Shown piece after piece: positions 25,168 to 39,600 of a stretch of DNA of 64,000 nt. A program made the position numbers and the translations under genes. The notes under the pieces were generated by a model that ran no database searches, was not told the origin of the DNA, and saw only the letters and a program-made list of their open reading frames with translations. Origin of the DNA: Obrimoposthia wandeli (taxonomy: Eukaryota); NCBI GenBank assembly GCA_977020255.1, contig CDROCS010001673.1:310001-374000 (forward strand), written 5' to 3'. Position 1 is the stretch's first letter. Every line of letters starts with the position of its first letter.

Positions 25168-25919
25168 TTTATTTACACGGTTCTTATTTACGCCTATTTT
25201 TGATGTTTTTAACATCGTTTGTTTATTTTGTGGCACTGGCTCTGTTAACGACGTTGTTGGCAGTTTTACCGACTTCGCTGGATATTTAGATGCTGCACCT
25301 GATGAAGTTTTGTCCCAGTTTCCCGTTGTTTCTAAGCAATTTGAAGAGATTTTATTTATCGGGGGAAATAGCGAAGCAACTGTTTGATGTTTAATTTTGA
25401 GAGCCATTACCAATAATTACGATTGAATATTTAGGGGTTTTCTATAATGATGTTTGGTTGAATTTCTCTCTCTGTAATCATTTCCAACAAAATTACTTTA
25501 TTTTAGATTCGTCTCCAATTACAATAGAAACTTTACTTTTTTTCGCTATCTGTCCACCACATGGAATTATATTTTTACCACATTCTTTCAATTACTATTT
25601 TTCTTCTCAAAAATGTACTTCGTTCTATTTATTTCTAAAAATTATTGATTGTAATACATGTTCGGTAAAAACTTCATGTAAGGAAAAAAATTTTGAACCG
25701 ATCTTTTGGGATTCAAAACATGAGCAAAATGTCGTCATTTTTGATAAATCTATTTCTGTTATTATGTTGTAACACAACAAAACATGCAAATAAGTTTCTT
25801 AGAGATAATTTTGCACCCTGATAGCGGCAAAATAATTTTAAACTCGTTCGAGAATTTTTCATTTTGTTTCCTTATTTAATTAAATTATCACTGTAATTTG
25901 TAAAACTTCCATATCGTAG

Positions 25920-26150
25920 GTGGATACTGAAGAGATTAATATGGAGAATAATAATACGGATACAGAATTTGAAATTCCGATGTCTGGAGAACCTTTATTA
26001 ATAAGTCAGGGTCAGTTAAATGACTTGGAAATAGATTTGAGTTTGCCTAAACAGTAAGCTTAAATACTTGGCTCACGTTTGCAACAATGGAGTCTTTTTG
26101 AAACCAATACGAGCATTTCATATTTTCATAACAAATGGTATCTAATAATT
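25920..26150 (+). pseudogene. DNA-transposon transposase fragment (superfamily uncertain)
   Basis: EPLLISQGQLNDLEIDLSLPKQ*A*ILGSRLQQWSL resembles the ISQ.ELNDLVRDL.LSK..AELLGSRL.QWNL motif I recall from invertebrate TE proteins. Confidence 0.5.
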
Positions 26151-26688
26151 AATTGTTTTCACTAAATATGCTGTTCCATATATTGGGTTACAAATAAAAA
26201 TCTGTATCAAGTGTAACAATTGTATTTCATATTTTATCTACCGCATCTATAACAGCACCAAAACAATGGAGAGTGAAAAAGCTTAATGTTGAAGAAACTT
26301 CTTTGCTGTCTTCACTTTTTGAAAGACGTTTGTCATCATGCCAGAGACTATTTCTTAGTCAATTTTATTTTTAAACCATACTTAACTCTCTTTTCAGTTG
26401 TCGTCATTGTCAGATTCCCAGATTGATTCGTGTTTTGCTATTTCAAAATGCCAACCAAGTGTCTGTTAAAGCGAATGAATAGAAGTACTGTGGAATTAAC
26501 GTCCTCAACTTATTCTCAAGTGTTAAAGGGTACGATGTGTGGCTTTCTTCATTGAAGACGCACGATTTGATACGAGTTGCTGTTGGGCCAATTTTGGTAA
26601 ACTGAAATGGTGATGCGGGATAGACCAAGTCTTATAGATCCAATGTGATTTGAATCTCACTCGTTGTTGAAGGTTGCTCACACTGCAG

Positions 26689-26859
26689 GCCGGAGAACCT
26701 CGCTTACCGGCCCTGGCTACGACCTTGCAGCTGGCACCTCCAGTTTCTGCGCTTGTGCGTCCGGCCGTGCCTACGCGGTACTTTCTGGAGGAGCGACAAT
26801 ACCTGGCCAAGAGGGCTGCAAAGCTAGCGGCTCTGCGTGCTGCCAAGGTCAAGAAGTGA
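26689..26859 (+). CDS. Candidate GC-rich terminal exon of an unidentified gene
   Basis: Acceptor CTGCAG, GC3-rich codons, ends RYFLEERQYLAKRAAKLAALRAAKVKK*. No upstream exons identified. Confidence 0.35.
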   Translation, partial: AGEPRLPALATTLQLAPPVSALVRPAVPTRYFLEERQYLAKRAAKLAALRAAKVKK

Positions 26860-28199
26860 TCCACACACAATATGAGCACGAACCCACCCCGATGTAGGCT
26901 CTTCACGTTTCTGTTCGGGACCCTCTCCCACAACAAATTTATCCACTCTATTTAATTTTGAACTTTTTCTTACGGAAACATACCTAAAAAGCATCTCTGA
27001 AAAAATCTTTTATCAAATGTCAAGCAAAAATTTTCGATACTTAAAATTTATTTATTTTTTAGTTAATATTTATTACAAATATCTATTCACAAATTTAGTA
27101 AATATATCGATTTTTTAAAATTTAATTTTGCATGAATGAAAATTTTGGAATATATTTTCATTTATAAGCCCTTCATTATTCAAGTAGCCATGGTCGAAAA
27201 GCAAAAATTATAGTTGATTTTGACAGGCAGCTGTCTGTCAGATCATACTTTATGAAGCATTACATTAAAAAGAACAAAGGAATACCATTCAGTATCCAGA
27301 TACACCTTCAATGGCTCCAGTCTCTTATAGCGACGATGTGCCAATATCTTCTCGACCCCACCCACATTAAATTAGCTTTGACAAAGACTCCAAAGCTTCG
27401 GAAACTTATTTTGATCGTTCGAAGAAACTCGTCATTTTAATACAAGTTCTTTATTTATCTAAATGTGATTCTGATTTATTATAATTTGGGATTATTATGG
27501 ACATTTATTGGATAGAACTTATAAAGTATCTTGTTACAGAGAGGTACAGTTATTCATCATAGATCAAATTTTCATAACAAAATCTTTTGTTGATGTAGAT
27601 AAACTTTTTATAGAAATGCACATTGAATATTCTACATTTGAATGAGGATTATTTATTGATGGCTTTACTAAATGCCTGAAAGTATTTTTACTTAATAGTG
27701 TTAATACAATTCCATCAATACCCACCGCTAAAAGGACAAAATATTATCTTCCAGTGCTCTATATTAAACAGGTCAAACAGGAGGCACCAATTAAATATTT
27801 ACGCTTTTGTTTATAGTACTTTAAGACTACAAATCTGTACAGCTCCTTCATTAATTTGCCAAAAAGGATTCTGAGCATAAAAAATCAATTAGAGTCCAGA
27901 ACCAAACTTGTCTCTAACAAAATCATGATTTTCCTTGAATAAGTTGGGATCTCTTCGAATAGTTATTGATTTATAGAAAATGTCAATTATTCCATCAACA
28001 TCTGATTGTCTGATCTGGAAGATATCAAAGTTGAATTTGGTCTTGCATAATGTCACTGTGTCACAAAATATGAACAATCAGCTATAATATTACACAGAAC
28101 TTTACTTTAGCACGATTATGAACAATCAGTTAAAATATTAGACAAAACTTTACTATTAAATTTCAAAATATGTTATTATATTTCTTACCGTTTTTACAA

Positions 28200-28812
28200 C
28201 TCAAATTCTGACGATAATATGTTTCGTTCTCCAATCAATTCTGACAAAAAAAACATGTTTCTTAGCACAGTTCAAACTCCGTCATTGCCCAATTCCGATT
28301 TCTCTCATTTTCTCTAGCTTTCCTGATATTTTCTGCAATTATTAGGAAATAAATTCCTTATTATATTTGAAAATTTACCTCGGCTATATCAACGAACGTT
28401 AATGGGTTGAGTTGCTTGCTGCTTCTCGGTATTGGGATGATTTTCTGAGAGCTAAAGGCTTTCTGGAACTAATGGACTTCTGTAAATTTACCTGACTTAT
28501 GTCTGAACAATTGGCTAAATTCTCATACAGAGTAATTGAAACTTACCTTCTTCATTGATTAATTTATTCAATTTACTTTATCTTCGTCAATTAATTATAT
28601 TTCTTTTCGGGCCTTTTTACACTGTATTACTTATTTATACACATCTCTTCACGACCTCTTCAAGGTCCTAATTAATTTTAATTCAATTTATTCTAAAATC
28701 AATTTATCTTTAATTTCTAATTTAAATTTGTTTCTAATTTTGATTTTTAAGGTTTAAATTTTAGTATAAATAATTATTATTTATCTTATTTTCAATATAA
28801 CTTAATGTAACA
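28200..28812 (-). mobile_element. Partial LTR related to family A
   Basis: The minus strand starts TGTTACATT and contains the AGGACCTTGAAGAGGTCGTG variant of the family block; the other end was not located. Confidence 0.5.
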
Positions 28813-29753
28813 CTTTCATTTCTGTGGGACACTACTTCTGCATAAAATGGAGCTTTCTTATGAACTTGAGCCGAACTCTGTTCGTAACTCTATATGCAAC
28901 AAGAACCCAGGGCAACCGTTTATTTTTTTAAAAATATGTATTTTAGAGAAAATTTTGCCCCTTCAGCCTATTTAAAATTTGCTTTTCCTCTTTCGGGCAT
29001 TCAATTATTGCATCTAGCATTTTCCATAGAAAATCCGAGCAACATGTGAACCTTTTCGTCAGTCATTTTTTCTAGAATTTTTTAACTGCTCCCAACTTTC
29101 TCAATTGAATGACCTACGGCTGTTGCAATCACAGAAGCGCTTGTGATGTCAGACATTCCCTGTTGATCCCTTTCAACTCTTTATCAGAGTTAATACAGAC
29201 AGTTTTTTTGCCATTGGGGGTAACCATAAACAGCAAGTCATTTAAATTGTTATTTTTGGGACCATCATTACACCTCAGTCTCCCTACTTGCCATCTTGAA
29301 GCTTCGAAGTCGCTCCACTCCTCGCTTCAAAATGTTTTTCCAGTTCCAACCGGAAAGAATGTCATATGTGCTCTCCACAGAGCCTCGCTAGCGTACGACG
29401 CCGAGGCCTCACTGATTCCGTCATCGGCCCAGAAATCAAAGTCCAGATCGAGACAGTCCCATCCATCATCCTTATTCTCCAAGGAACGCTCTGGACTACA
29501 TCCACAACTGGAAAGAAGCCAGAGCTCTTGACGCTCCCACAGTGCTGGTGAATGTACAGGAACCAACGCACCACACATGTTCTCTTGTCCACACCCGTTT
29601 ATCAAGGATCGGACTTCACTTAGGCCCAAGGCGGCATCCAATCGCTCCAATTTCATTTCTTTGGGCTTTTCCGGGTTTTCCCTTTACAGTCAATCACTTT
29701 AGAGGTTGCTGGGACCCCATTCCCATATTTCTTATCCGTGGTAATAAACCGCG

Positions 29754-29764
29754 CTCTGCTACCA
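29754..29764 (-). promoter_or_regulatory. Primer-binding site TGGTAGCAGAG (initiator tRNA-Met type)
   Basis: Immediately follows ...AACA on the minus strand and precedes a GC-richer degenerate internal region (about 28900-29750). Confidence 0.8.
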
Positions 29765-31487
29765 TGTTGATTCTCCTTAGTCATCAAAGTAAAAAAAAAT
29801 TATCTCTAACTTTGTATTTAAACTCTTAAACAGCACCTATAATAACTCCATTAACTAAAATAACCAAACATGCCTAAAAATCACATTAAAAACTCCATCT
29901 TATCTTGCCTCTTTCAGTCTCTTATACAAGGGAGGCTCCACAAATCTGGTCCATACAAACGGCAGCATACTGTTGCCAAGCCAAAGATCAATACAATATT
30001 GATCTTGGCTAAAATAATTATTATAGCCCGCAATGGCTTAAAACTACTCAAATTACGTTTCTCCAAGATGCATGAACTTTTTGTAATAATAATTCTTCAA
30101 TGTTATATTGGAATTTTTCCAGTATCCCTTTAACATATATCTAAATTGAAGAAAAATCCTTTAAACACAAATTAAGAGTTAATGATTACAACACATATTA
30201 ATACAATTTTAATTTTTAAAGGTTTATCATGTGTACTTTTTATTTAAATGTTATTAAATGACTGTGTTTACTTCATCAATAAAATTAATCAGCTCAAGAA
30301 GACTATAAAATTAAACTAACCAATGAGAGTTGATGAAGTGTTTCTAGAAATATTTAAGGATATAACTATATTCCTAAGCAAAACATATTTAGTCAAATTT
30401 AAATTATAAAGGTTATCATGTTTACTTTATATTTTAATATTATTAAAGAAAATTTGTTTCGTCGCACAAATAAATTAATTATCTCAAGAAAAATATTTTA
30501 TCTCATTTTTTATTAAACTTATAAGTTTCTTAACAGCTGCTCCGGGACCCCCTTGCAGTAAACCCACTGCCACTCATCACAAAGAATGCAACCCACTCTC
30601 TTTAAGGCTAAATAAAACATATCAGATTGAAAACATCAAGGTAAATTAGGATTGATTATAGATTCTGCCATGCATGAGTTCTAAAAGTGAATTAGGAAAA
30701 TTAGGTAAATTAGGATTGATTATAGATTCTGCCATGCATGAGTTCTAAAAGTGAATTATTTATAAGTAAAGCTGGGTTTATTTGACATGTAGATTCTATA
30801 AAGGAAAATTAGGGTTGATTATTGAGAATTTATACATGAAAGTCAGAAGTGAAATTAGGGTGAAATATGTCTGCTATATATGAGTCTCAGACGGGAAATT
30901 ATTGATACGTTATATTTAATTCAGTTTCAAAAAGAAAATAATAGAAATAAGTTGTATAAGAGTACATTTTAGTAAGAAAATATTAGTAAATAATTGCATC
31001 TACGTAGAGAATGAAATTGTATAAAATAAATGCTTACCTGAAAATGGCTATATTATTGTATGTATTTATTTGATCAATAGTTATATATTCACATATTATC
31101 CTTATTCAAAGTAATATTCGAGAATAATAATATTTAATGGTTGGTAATTTAGATTGATAATTATACAGTTTACCTGTAAATAAATATTACAAGAACAGTT
31201 TATTTGGAAAACTACTTAACCAAGTTGTGATTTTATAGATTATGCAACAGAAGGATATAAGGTATAAAATTATGAGATGTATAGACATTTATTAATAATA
31301 ATTCTTCAATGTTATATTGAAATTTGTCCGGTACCCCTTTAACATATATCTATATTGAAGAAAAAATCATTATACACAAATTGGAGCAAGTATTACACTC
31401 CAACTAGATTCATTAGTTTTGTTTATTAAACCTGAGTAGGTGGAAGGATGGAGTCTAGACCACTTGACCCCCCCCCTAAAGGGTGAC

Positions 31488-31588
31488 ATACCATAAGGAT
31501 GTCTCGCCACACCATAAGGGTATATGTTGCCTCACCTTCGGTGACCCAACATATACCCTTATGGTATGGCAAGACACCCTTATGGTAT
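31488..31588. other. About 100-bp subterminal palindrome (hairpin), left TIR
   Basis: ATACCATAAGG...CCATAAGGGTATATGTTG-cc-TCACC-ttc-GGTGA-cc-CAACATATACCCTTATGG...CCTTATGGTAT. Confidence 0.92.
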
Positions 31589-32589
31589 AAACTTTAGGAG
31601 GAGGCAGGAGGCAGGGAGGGAGGGGTAGCGGGGAGGGGTCAAGTGATCTAGACTCCACCCTTCCTTTGGCTATAATCTATGGTTGTCCATAGTTTAAAGG
31701 GTCAATTGGCTTAGTCTCCACCCTTCTTTTTGTGATATACCACTATGAAAGGGTCAATTGGCTTAGTCTCCACTCTTCTTTTAGTGATCTAGTCTCCACC
31801 CTTCTTTTTGTGGTCTAGTCTCCACCCTTCTTTTAGTGATCTAGTCTCCACCCTTCTTTTTGTGGTCTAGTCTCCACCCTTCTTTTTTGTGATCTAGTCT
31901 CCACCCTTATTTTTGGTTAACCACTAATTCAAAGGATCAAGTGGCTTAGTCTCCACCCTTCTTTTTTTTTGTGATCTAGTCCATAATGAAAATTTATGAT
32001 AAAGTTCACACTTAACAATTAAGAATGTATGACGTAATCATACACACACTATTTTATGTGAAAATTTAGGATAAAGTTCACACTTATCAATTAAGAAATG
32101 TGGTTTTTAACACACACATACACTATTTTATGTGAAATTTAAACTAAAGTTCACTCTTATAAGTTAATGAATGTATTACGTAATCACACACATACTATTT
32201 TATGTGAAATTTAGATCAAAGTTTTTCCTAGGCTTTCACATTTATAGAATTATGATAAAATTTCTTTAAATAACTTCAATTATATATTAAAATAAAAAAT
32301 AAAATAAGAAAGAAGTCAGAGAATAATACAAAATTAAACACATTTATTATGTAATTTCATAATATCATCTTCAAACTTAAGTGAATAACATTTACAAAGT
32401 AAGAAAGTCCATTCTTTATACATTCTTTTCGTTTCAACGACTAAGTTACAACGGAATTAATAGAAAATTAGTAAAAATATTAATTTATTTGAATATTTGA
32501 ATGAGAGTTTGAATAAATGAGAGGTAGAATGAATGTAAATGAATAAAATTATGCATGCAAGTATGAATGTCATTTACAAGTAAGAGTCT

Positions 32590-33175
32590 TAGCAAGTGAA
32601 TGTAATTTTAAAAATAAGAGTGTCGATAGTTTGATTGAATGCAAGTGTAATTTAGACTATAAGTAAGTAAATTAAAATAGAGTTTTTGTTGAATAAATTA
32701 TAGTTAGATTGAATGCAAGTATGACGAGCAAGTGATTGATAGTTTGAATTTTCAATACAAGTAAGTGGGTTTAGCAAGTGAATGTAATTTTTTTAAAATA
32801 AGAGTGTCGATAGTTTGATTGAATGCAAGTGTAATTTAGACTATAAGTAAATTAAAATAGAGTTTTTGTTGAATAAATTATAGTTAGATTGAATGCAAGT
32901 ATGACGAGCAAGTGATTGATAGTATGAATTTCAATACAAGTAAGTGGGTTTAGCAAGTGAATGTAATTTTAAAAATAAGAGTGTCGATAGTTTGATTGAA
33001 TGCAAGTGTAATTTAGACTATAAGTAAATTAAAATAGAGTTTTTGTTGAATAAATTATAGTTAGATTGAATGCAAGTATGACGAGCAAGTGATTGATAGT
33101 ATGAATTTCAATACAAGTAAGTGGGTTTAGCAAGTGAATGTAATTTTAAAAATAAGAGTGTCGATAGTTTGATTT
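32590..33175 (-). repeat. 179-bp satellite, about 3 copies (left arm)
   Basis: Reverse complement of the 36628-41990 unit. Confidence 0.9.
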
Positions 33176-33439
33176 TTTAAATTACTTGATTTTTTTTTGC
33201 CATTGTCCGTTTAATATAATATGAATATTCAATTTATTTCTTCAAAAATTCATTTTATATGTTAAATAATATTCTTTATCACATTATTGTGGTTTTTATC
33301 AAGTGATTTTAACCTTAAACTATAAAAAATATTTTAATTATAAAGTTAGTTGCTGTACCCCGCCCACTGCATATAACATAAATTTCAAATATAAAGTACT
33401 ATTAAGTTTATTATTTCGAATAGTAAATGTTTTTCGAGT

Positions 33440-34760
33440 TATTTAATTTTGTTTACTAGACATTCGAAAATTTACTTGTAAACTACAATATTTATTTGTT
33501 GTTGTATATATTTAGTTTAAAATGTTGTAAGTTATTACTTTAATATAATTTTCAACAAAAACTTCAAGTAATTTACTTGTAAACTACAATATTTATTTGT
33601 TGTTGTATATATTCAGTTTAAAATGTTGTAAGTTATTACTTTAATATAATATTTCAACAAAAACGTCAAGTAGTTTACTTATTAAACATAAGTTTAATGT
33701 TTTGTACAATAAATTGACTTGTAAACATAATATAATTTGCATATTTTCAATTTAATATATTGTAAGTTATTACTATAATATTACATTACATAAAAAAGTA
33801 ATTGATAGTTTACTATCGTTTACAATAAATTGACTTGTAAACATAATATATTTATGCATATATTCACTTTAATATGTTGTAAGTTATTACTTTATTATAA
33901 TTTTCAACAAAAACTTCAAGTAGTTTACTTGTAAACTACAATATTTATTTGTTGTTGTATATATTCAGTTTAAAATGTTGTAAGTTATTACTTTAATATA
34001 ATTTTCAACAAAAACTTCAAGTAGTTTACTTATTAATCATAATATTAATGATTTGATCAATAAATTGACTTGTAAACATAATATAATTTGCATATTTTCA
34101 ATTTAATATATTGTAAGTTATTACTATAATATTACATTACATAAAAAAAGTAATTGATAGTTTACTATCGTTTACAATAAATTGACTTGTAAACATAATA
34201 TATTTATGCATATATTCACTTTAATATGTTGTAAGTTATTACTTTATTATAATTTTCAACAAAAACTTCAAGTAGTTTACTTATTAAACATAAGTTTAAT
34301 GTTTTGTACAATAAATTGACTTGTAAACATAATTTATTTTGGTATATTTTTCAATTTAATATGTTGTAAGTTATTACTTTAATATAATTTACAACAAAAA
34401 CTTCAAGTAATTTACTTGTAAACTACAATGTTTATGTTGTTGTATATATATTCAGTTTAAAATATTTGAGTTAATAAACTTTAATATAATTTACAACAGA
34501 AATCTTCAAGTAATTTACTTATTAATCCTTTTTAATGATTTGATCAATAAATTGACATAAACATAATATAATTTGAATTTTTTAATTTAAATATATTGTA
34601 AGTTAATACTATAATATTTCATTACATAAAAGTAATTCATAGTTTACTGTCGTTTACAATAAATTGACTTGTAAACATAAATTTGATACAGTATATTTTC
34701 GATTTAATATGTTGTAAGTTATTACTTTAACATAATTTACAACAAAAACTCAAAATGTTA
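33440..34760. repeat. AT-rich tandem array of diverged ~110-125-bp units (AAATTGACTTGTAAACATAA core)
   Basis: The core recurs about 7 times; a short inverted counterpart lies at about 36040-36330. Confidence 0.8.
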
Positions 34761-34826
34761 CTTTATACAAGTATCATGTTGTGGTTGGATTTAGGGTTAT
34801 AATCTGAGCATTGAATATAAAATATA

Positions 34827-34828
<2 letters not shown>

Positions 34829-34891
<63 letters not shown>

Positions 34892-34897
34892 TATATA
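34829..34897. repeat. (TA)n microsatellite
   Basis: Visible directly. Confidence 0.95.
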
Positions 34898-35790
34898 ACA
34901 TTAGCTGCACAGTTATATGTTAAATTAACTTGGTTATTGTTATAACAGTTTTTATTTAAAAAATATATATATAATAATAATAATACAAAACTGATAAAAT
35001 ATATTAAAATGAATATACCATAACTCTGGTTTACCTGATGTTTCGCCAAAACTCTTCAAGATACTCATCATCTAGATTAGCCTTATACCATAATATTCAG
35101 CAATCTCTTCTCTGTTAATCCCATAACTGGGATAAGATTAGTAAGATTTCTCTCACATTCTCTCTGAAATGATAAAGTTAAATTAAAATAATACATTATA
35201 AATAAATATACTCATACCATATAGAATTCCAAGTAAATTATTACAAATTTTTTGTAATCATGAATTTTCCGATATAATTTTACTGAATGCAAGATCACTG
35301 TTTTTAACGGACATAATCATTAAACTTGATGGAGGAATGTTGTCGAATTATAACTACTTTTTCTGCTGTTAGTGCTTTTTTCACCATATTTTCGTAAGGT
35401 AATTTATTTAATTTAAGTTTATAGATAAGCCATTTTTGTTGTTGAACATCAGCATACTTCATAATTTAATTTGAACTTATTTTGAACATATAATAGAGCT
35501 TGTTTGTTTAATATTCTTCTTTGCACCTCCAACTATTAACCAAATTCTAATTAAATACTTTATTTCTTCTTCTTTATTAGAGTGCATAAATTATTTGTCG
35601 TGCTTCAACATCCTGGCAGACATCGTCATACATTTCTAGAAATTGCTGATCGATGATTTCATTCATTTTTCTTCATACTAATTTGTTGTTAATAGAATTA
35701 TTATAATTAATTATGATGTGCTATCAATGAATTATCTATTATTACAATATCCTGTTAATTATAATAAGTATAAAATACATTTACTTTATT

Positions 35791-35877
<87 letters not shown>
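35791..35877. repeat. (TA)n microsatellite
   Basis: Visible directly. Confidence 0.95.
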
Positions 35878-35879
<2 letters not shown>

Positions 35880-36627
35880 AATAATAAGACAAAAAGTAAG
35901 AAAACAATCCTAAATATCATAACAACCAAGATTAACACAGATAATATTAGTTAAGAAATTAATTTATCATTTTGGTCTAAAACAATGAATACCAAATCGC
36001 CTACAATGCATGTATAATTTTTAATTGTCAACTACAGTAAACTATAACATTACTCTTTATTATTACCATTAATAATGCCAATATATTAGTAAACATTTAC
36101 AAAATATAATCTGTTTACAAATTAATTTTATCATACAAATCCTTAAATTATGATTAATAAGTAAACTACTTGAAGTTTATTTATTGCTAAATATATTATG
36201 TTTACAAGTCAATTTATCGTACAAATCATTAATATTATGATTATTAAGTAAACTATTTGAAGTTTTGGTTGTAAATTATATTAAAAGTAATAACTTACAA
36301 CATATTAAAGTGAATATATGCAAATTATATTATGTTTACAAGTAAATTTCCGAATATCTAAACAAAATTAAATAACTCGAAAAAACGACTACTATTCGAA
36401 ATAATAAACTTAATAGTACTTTATGTTGAAATTTATGTTATATGCAGTGGGCGGGGTACAGCAATATATAATTAAATATTTTATAGTTTAAGGTTAAAAT
36501 CACTTGATAAAAACCACAATAATGTGATAAAGAATATTATTTAACATATAAAATGAATTTGCAGAAGAAATAAATTGAATATTCATATATTAAACGGACA
36601 ATGGCAAAAAAATATCAAGTAATTTAA

Positions 36628-39600
36628 AATCAAACTATCGACACTCTTATTTTTAAAGTACATTCGCACTTTAAACCCACTTACTTGTATTGAAATTCTA
36701 TTACTATCAATCACTTGCTCGTCATACTTGCATTACAATCTAACTATAATTTATTCAACAAATCTCATCACAATTTAGCATAGTCTAAATTACTTGCATT
36801 CAATCAAACTATCGACACTCTTATTTTAAGAATTACATTCACTTGCTAAACCCACTTGCCTTGTATGAAATTCATACTATCAATCACTTGCTCCGTCATA
36901 CTTGCATTCAATCTAACTATAATTTATTCAAATACAAAAACTCTATTTTAATTTACTTATAGTCTATTAAATTGCACTTGCCATTCAATCAAACTATCGA
37001 CACTCTTATTTTTAAAATTACATTCACTTGCTAAGCCACCCACTTACTTGTATTGAAAATTCAAACTATCAATCACTTGCTCATAATACTTGCATTCAAT
37101 CTAACTATAATTTATTCAACAAAACTCTATTTTAATTTACTTATAGTCTAAATTACACTTGCATTCAATCAAACTATCGACACTCTTATTTTTTAAAAAT
37201 TACATTCACTTGCTAAACATACTTGTATTGAAAATTCAAACTATCAATCACTTGCTCGTCATACTTGCATTCAATCTAACTATTTTATAATCTCTATATT
37301 CTTAACAAAATCTCTATTCGACCTTAATTTACTTATAGTCAAGCTATCAATCACTTGTCAATCATTACACTTATAATTTATTCAACAAAATCTCTATTTT
37401 AATTTACTTATAGTCTACAATTACACTTTACATTCAATCAAACTATCGACACTCTTATTTTTAAAAATTACATTCACTTGCTAAACACACATACATGTAT
37501 GTTGAAAATTCAAACTATCAATCACTTGCTCGTCCATACTTACATTCAATCTAACTATCTCATTTATTCAATAAAGATCTCTATTTACAATTTTCTTATC
37601 GTCTAAATTACACTTGCATTCAATCAAACTATCGACACTCTTATTTTAAAAATTACATTCACTTGCTAAACCCACTTACTTGTATTGAAATTCATACTAT
37701 CAATCACTTGCTCGTCATTACTTGCATTCAATCTAACTATAATTTATTCAACAAAAACTCTATTTTAATTTACTTATAGTCTAAATTACACTTGCATTCA
37801 ATCAAACTATCGACACTCTTATTTTTAAAAATTACATTCACTTGCTAAACACACATACTTGTATTGAAAATTCAAACTATCAATCACTTGCTCGTCATAC
37901 TTGCATTCAATCTAACTATAATTTATTCAACAAAAACTCTATTTTAATTTACTTATAGTCTAAATTACACTTGCATTCAATCAAACTATCGACACTCTTA
38001 TTTTAAAAATTACATTCACTTGCTAAACCCACTTACTTGTATTGAAAATTCAAACTATCAATCACTTGCTCGTCATACTTGCATTCAATCTAACTATAAT
38101 TTATTCAACAAAATCTCTATTTTAATTTACTTATAGTCTAAATTACACTTGCATTCAATCAAACTATCGACACTCTTATTTTTAAATTACATTCACTTGC
38201 TAAACACACTTACTTGTATTGAAAATTCAAACTATCAATCACTTGCTCGTCATACTTGCATTCAATCTAACTATAATTTATTCAACAAAATCTCTATTTT
38301 AATTTACTTATAGTCTAAATTACACTTGCATTCAATCAAACTATCGACACTCTTATTTTTTTAAAAAATTACATTCACTTGCTAAACACACATACTTGTA
38401 TTGAAAATTCAAACTATCAATCACTTGCTCGTCATACTTGCATTCAATCTAACTATAATTTATTCAACAAAAACTCTATTTTAATTTACTTATAGTCTAA
38501 ATTACACTTGCATTCAATCAAACTATCGACACTCTTATTTTAAAAATTACATTCACTTGCTAAACCCACTTACTTGTATTGAAAATTCAAACTATCAATC
38601 ACTTGCTCGTCATACTTGCATTCAATCTAACTATAATTTATTCAACAAAATCTCTATTTTTTAATTTACTTATAGTCTAAATTACACTTGCATTCAATCA
38701 AACTATCGACACTCTTATTTTTAAAAATTACATTCACTTGCTAAACACACATACTTGTATTGAAAATTCAAACTATCAATCACTTGCTCGTCATACTTGC
38801 ATTCAATCTAACTATAATTTATTCAACAAAATCTCTATTTTAATTTACTTATAGTCTAAATTACACTTGCATTCAATCAAACTATCGACACTCTTATTTT
38901 AAAAATTACATTCACTTGCTAAACCCACTTACTTGTATTGAAAATTCAAACTATCAATCACTTGCTCGTCATACTTGCATTCAATCTAACTATAATTTAT
39001 TCAACAAAATCTCTATTTTAATTTACTTATAGTCTAAATTACACTTGCATTCAATCAAACTATCGACACTCTTATTTTTAAAAATTACATTCACTTGCTA
39101 AACACACATACTTGTATTGAAAATTCAAACTATCAATCACTTGCTCGTCATACTTGCATTCAATCTAACTATAATTTATTCAACAAAATCTCTATTTTAA
39201 TTTACTTATAGTCTAAATTACACTTGCATTCAATCAAACTATCGACACTCTTATTTTAAAAATTACATTCACTTGCTAAACCCACTTACTTGTATTGAAA
39301 ATTCAAACTATCAATCACTTGCTCGTCATACTTGCATTCAATCTAACTATAATTTATTCAACAAAATCTCTATTTTAATTTACTTATAGTCTAAATTACA
39401 CTTGCATTCAATCAAACTATCGACACTCTTATTTTTAAAAATTACATTCACTTGCTAAGACACTTACTTGTATTGAAAATTCAAACTATCAATCACTTGC
39501 TCGTCATACTTGCATTCAATCTAACTATAATTTATTCAACAAAATCTCTATTTTAATTTACTTATAGTCTAAATTACACTTGCATTCAATCAAACTATCG

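Noticed and set aside
26354-26381. 28-nt GT-AG micro-intron on the minus strand
   Set aside because: Removing it opens a frame, but no recognisable protein results; could be chance in AT-rich DNA.
26521-26935. Solo LTR (TGTT...AACA) explanation for the GC island
   Set aside because: No matching TSD at any candidate boundary I tested.
34774-35954. ORFs with IYIYIY runs
   Set aside because: (TA)n microsatellites.
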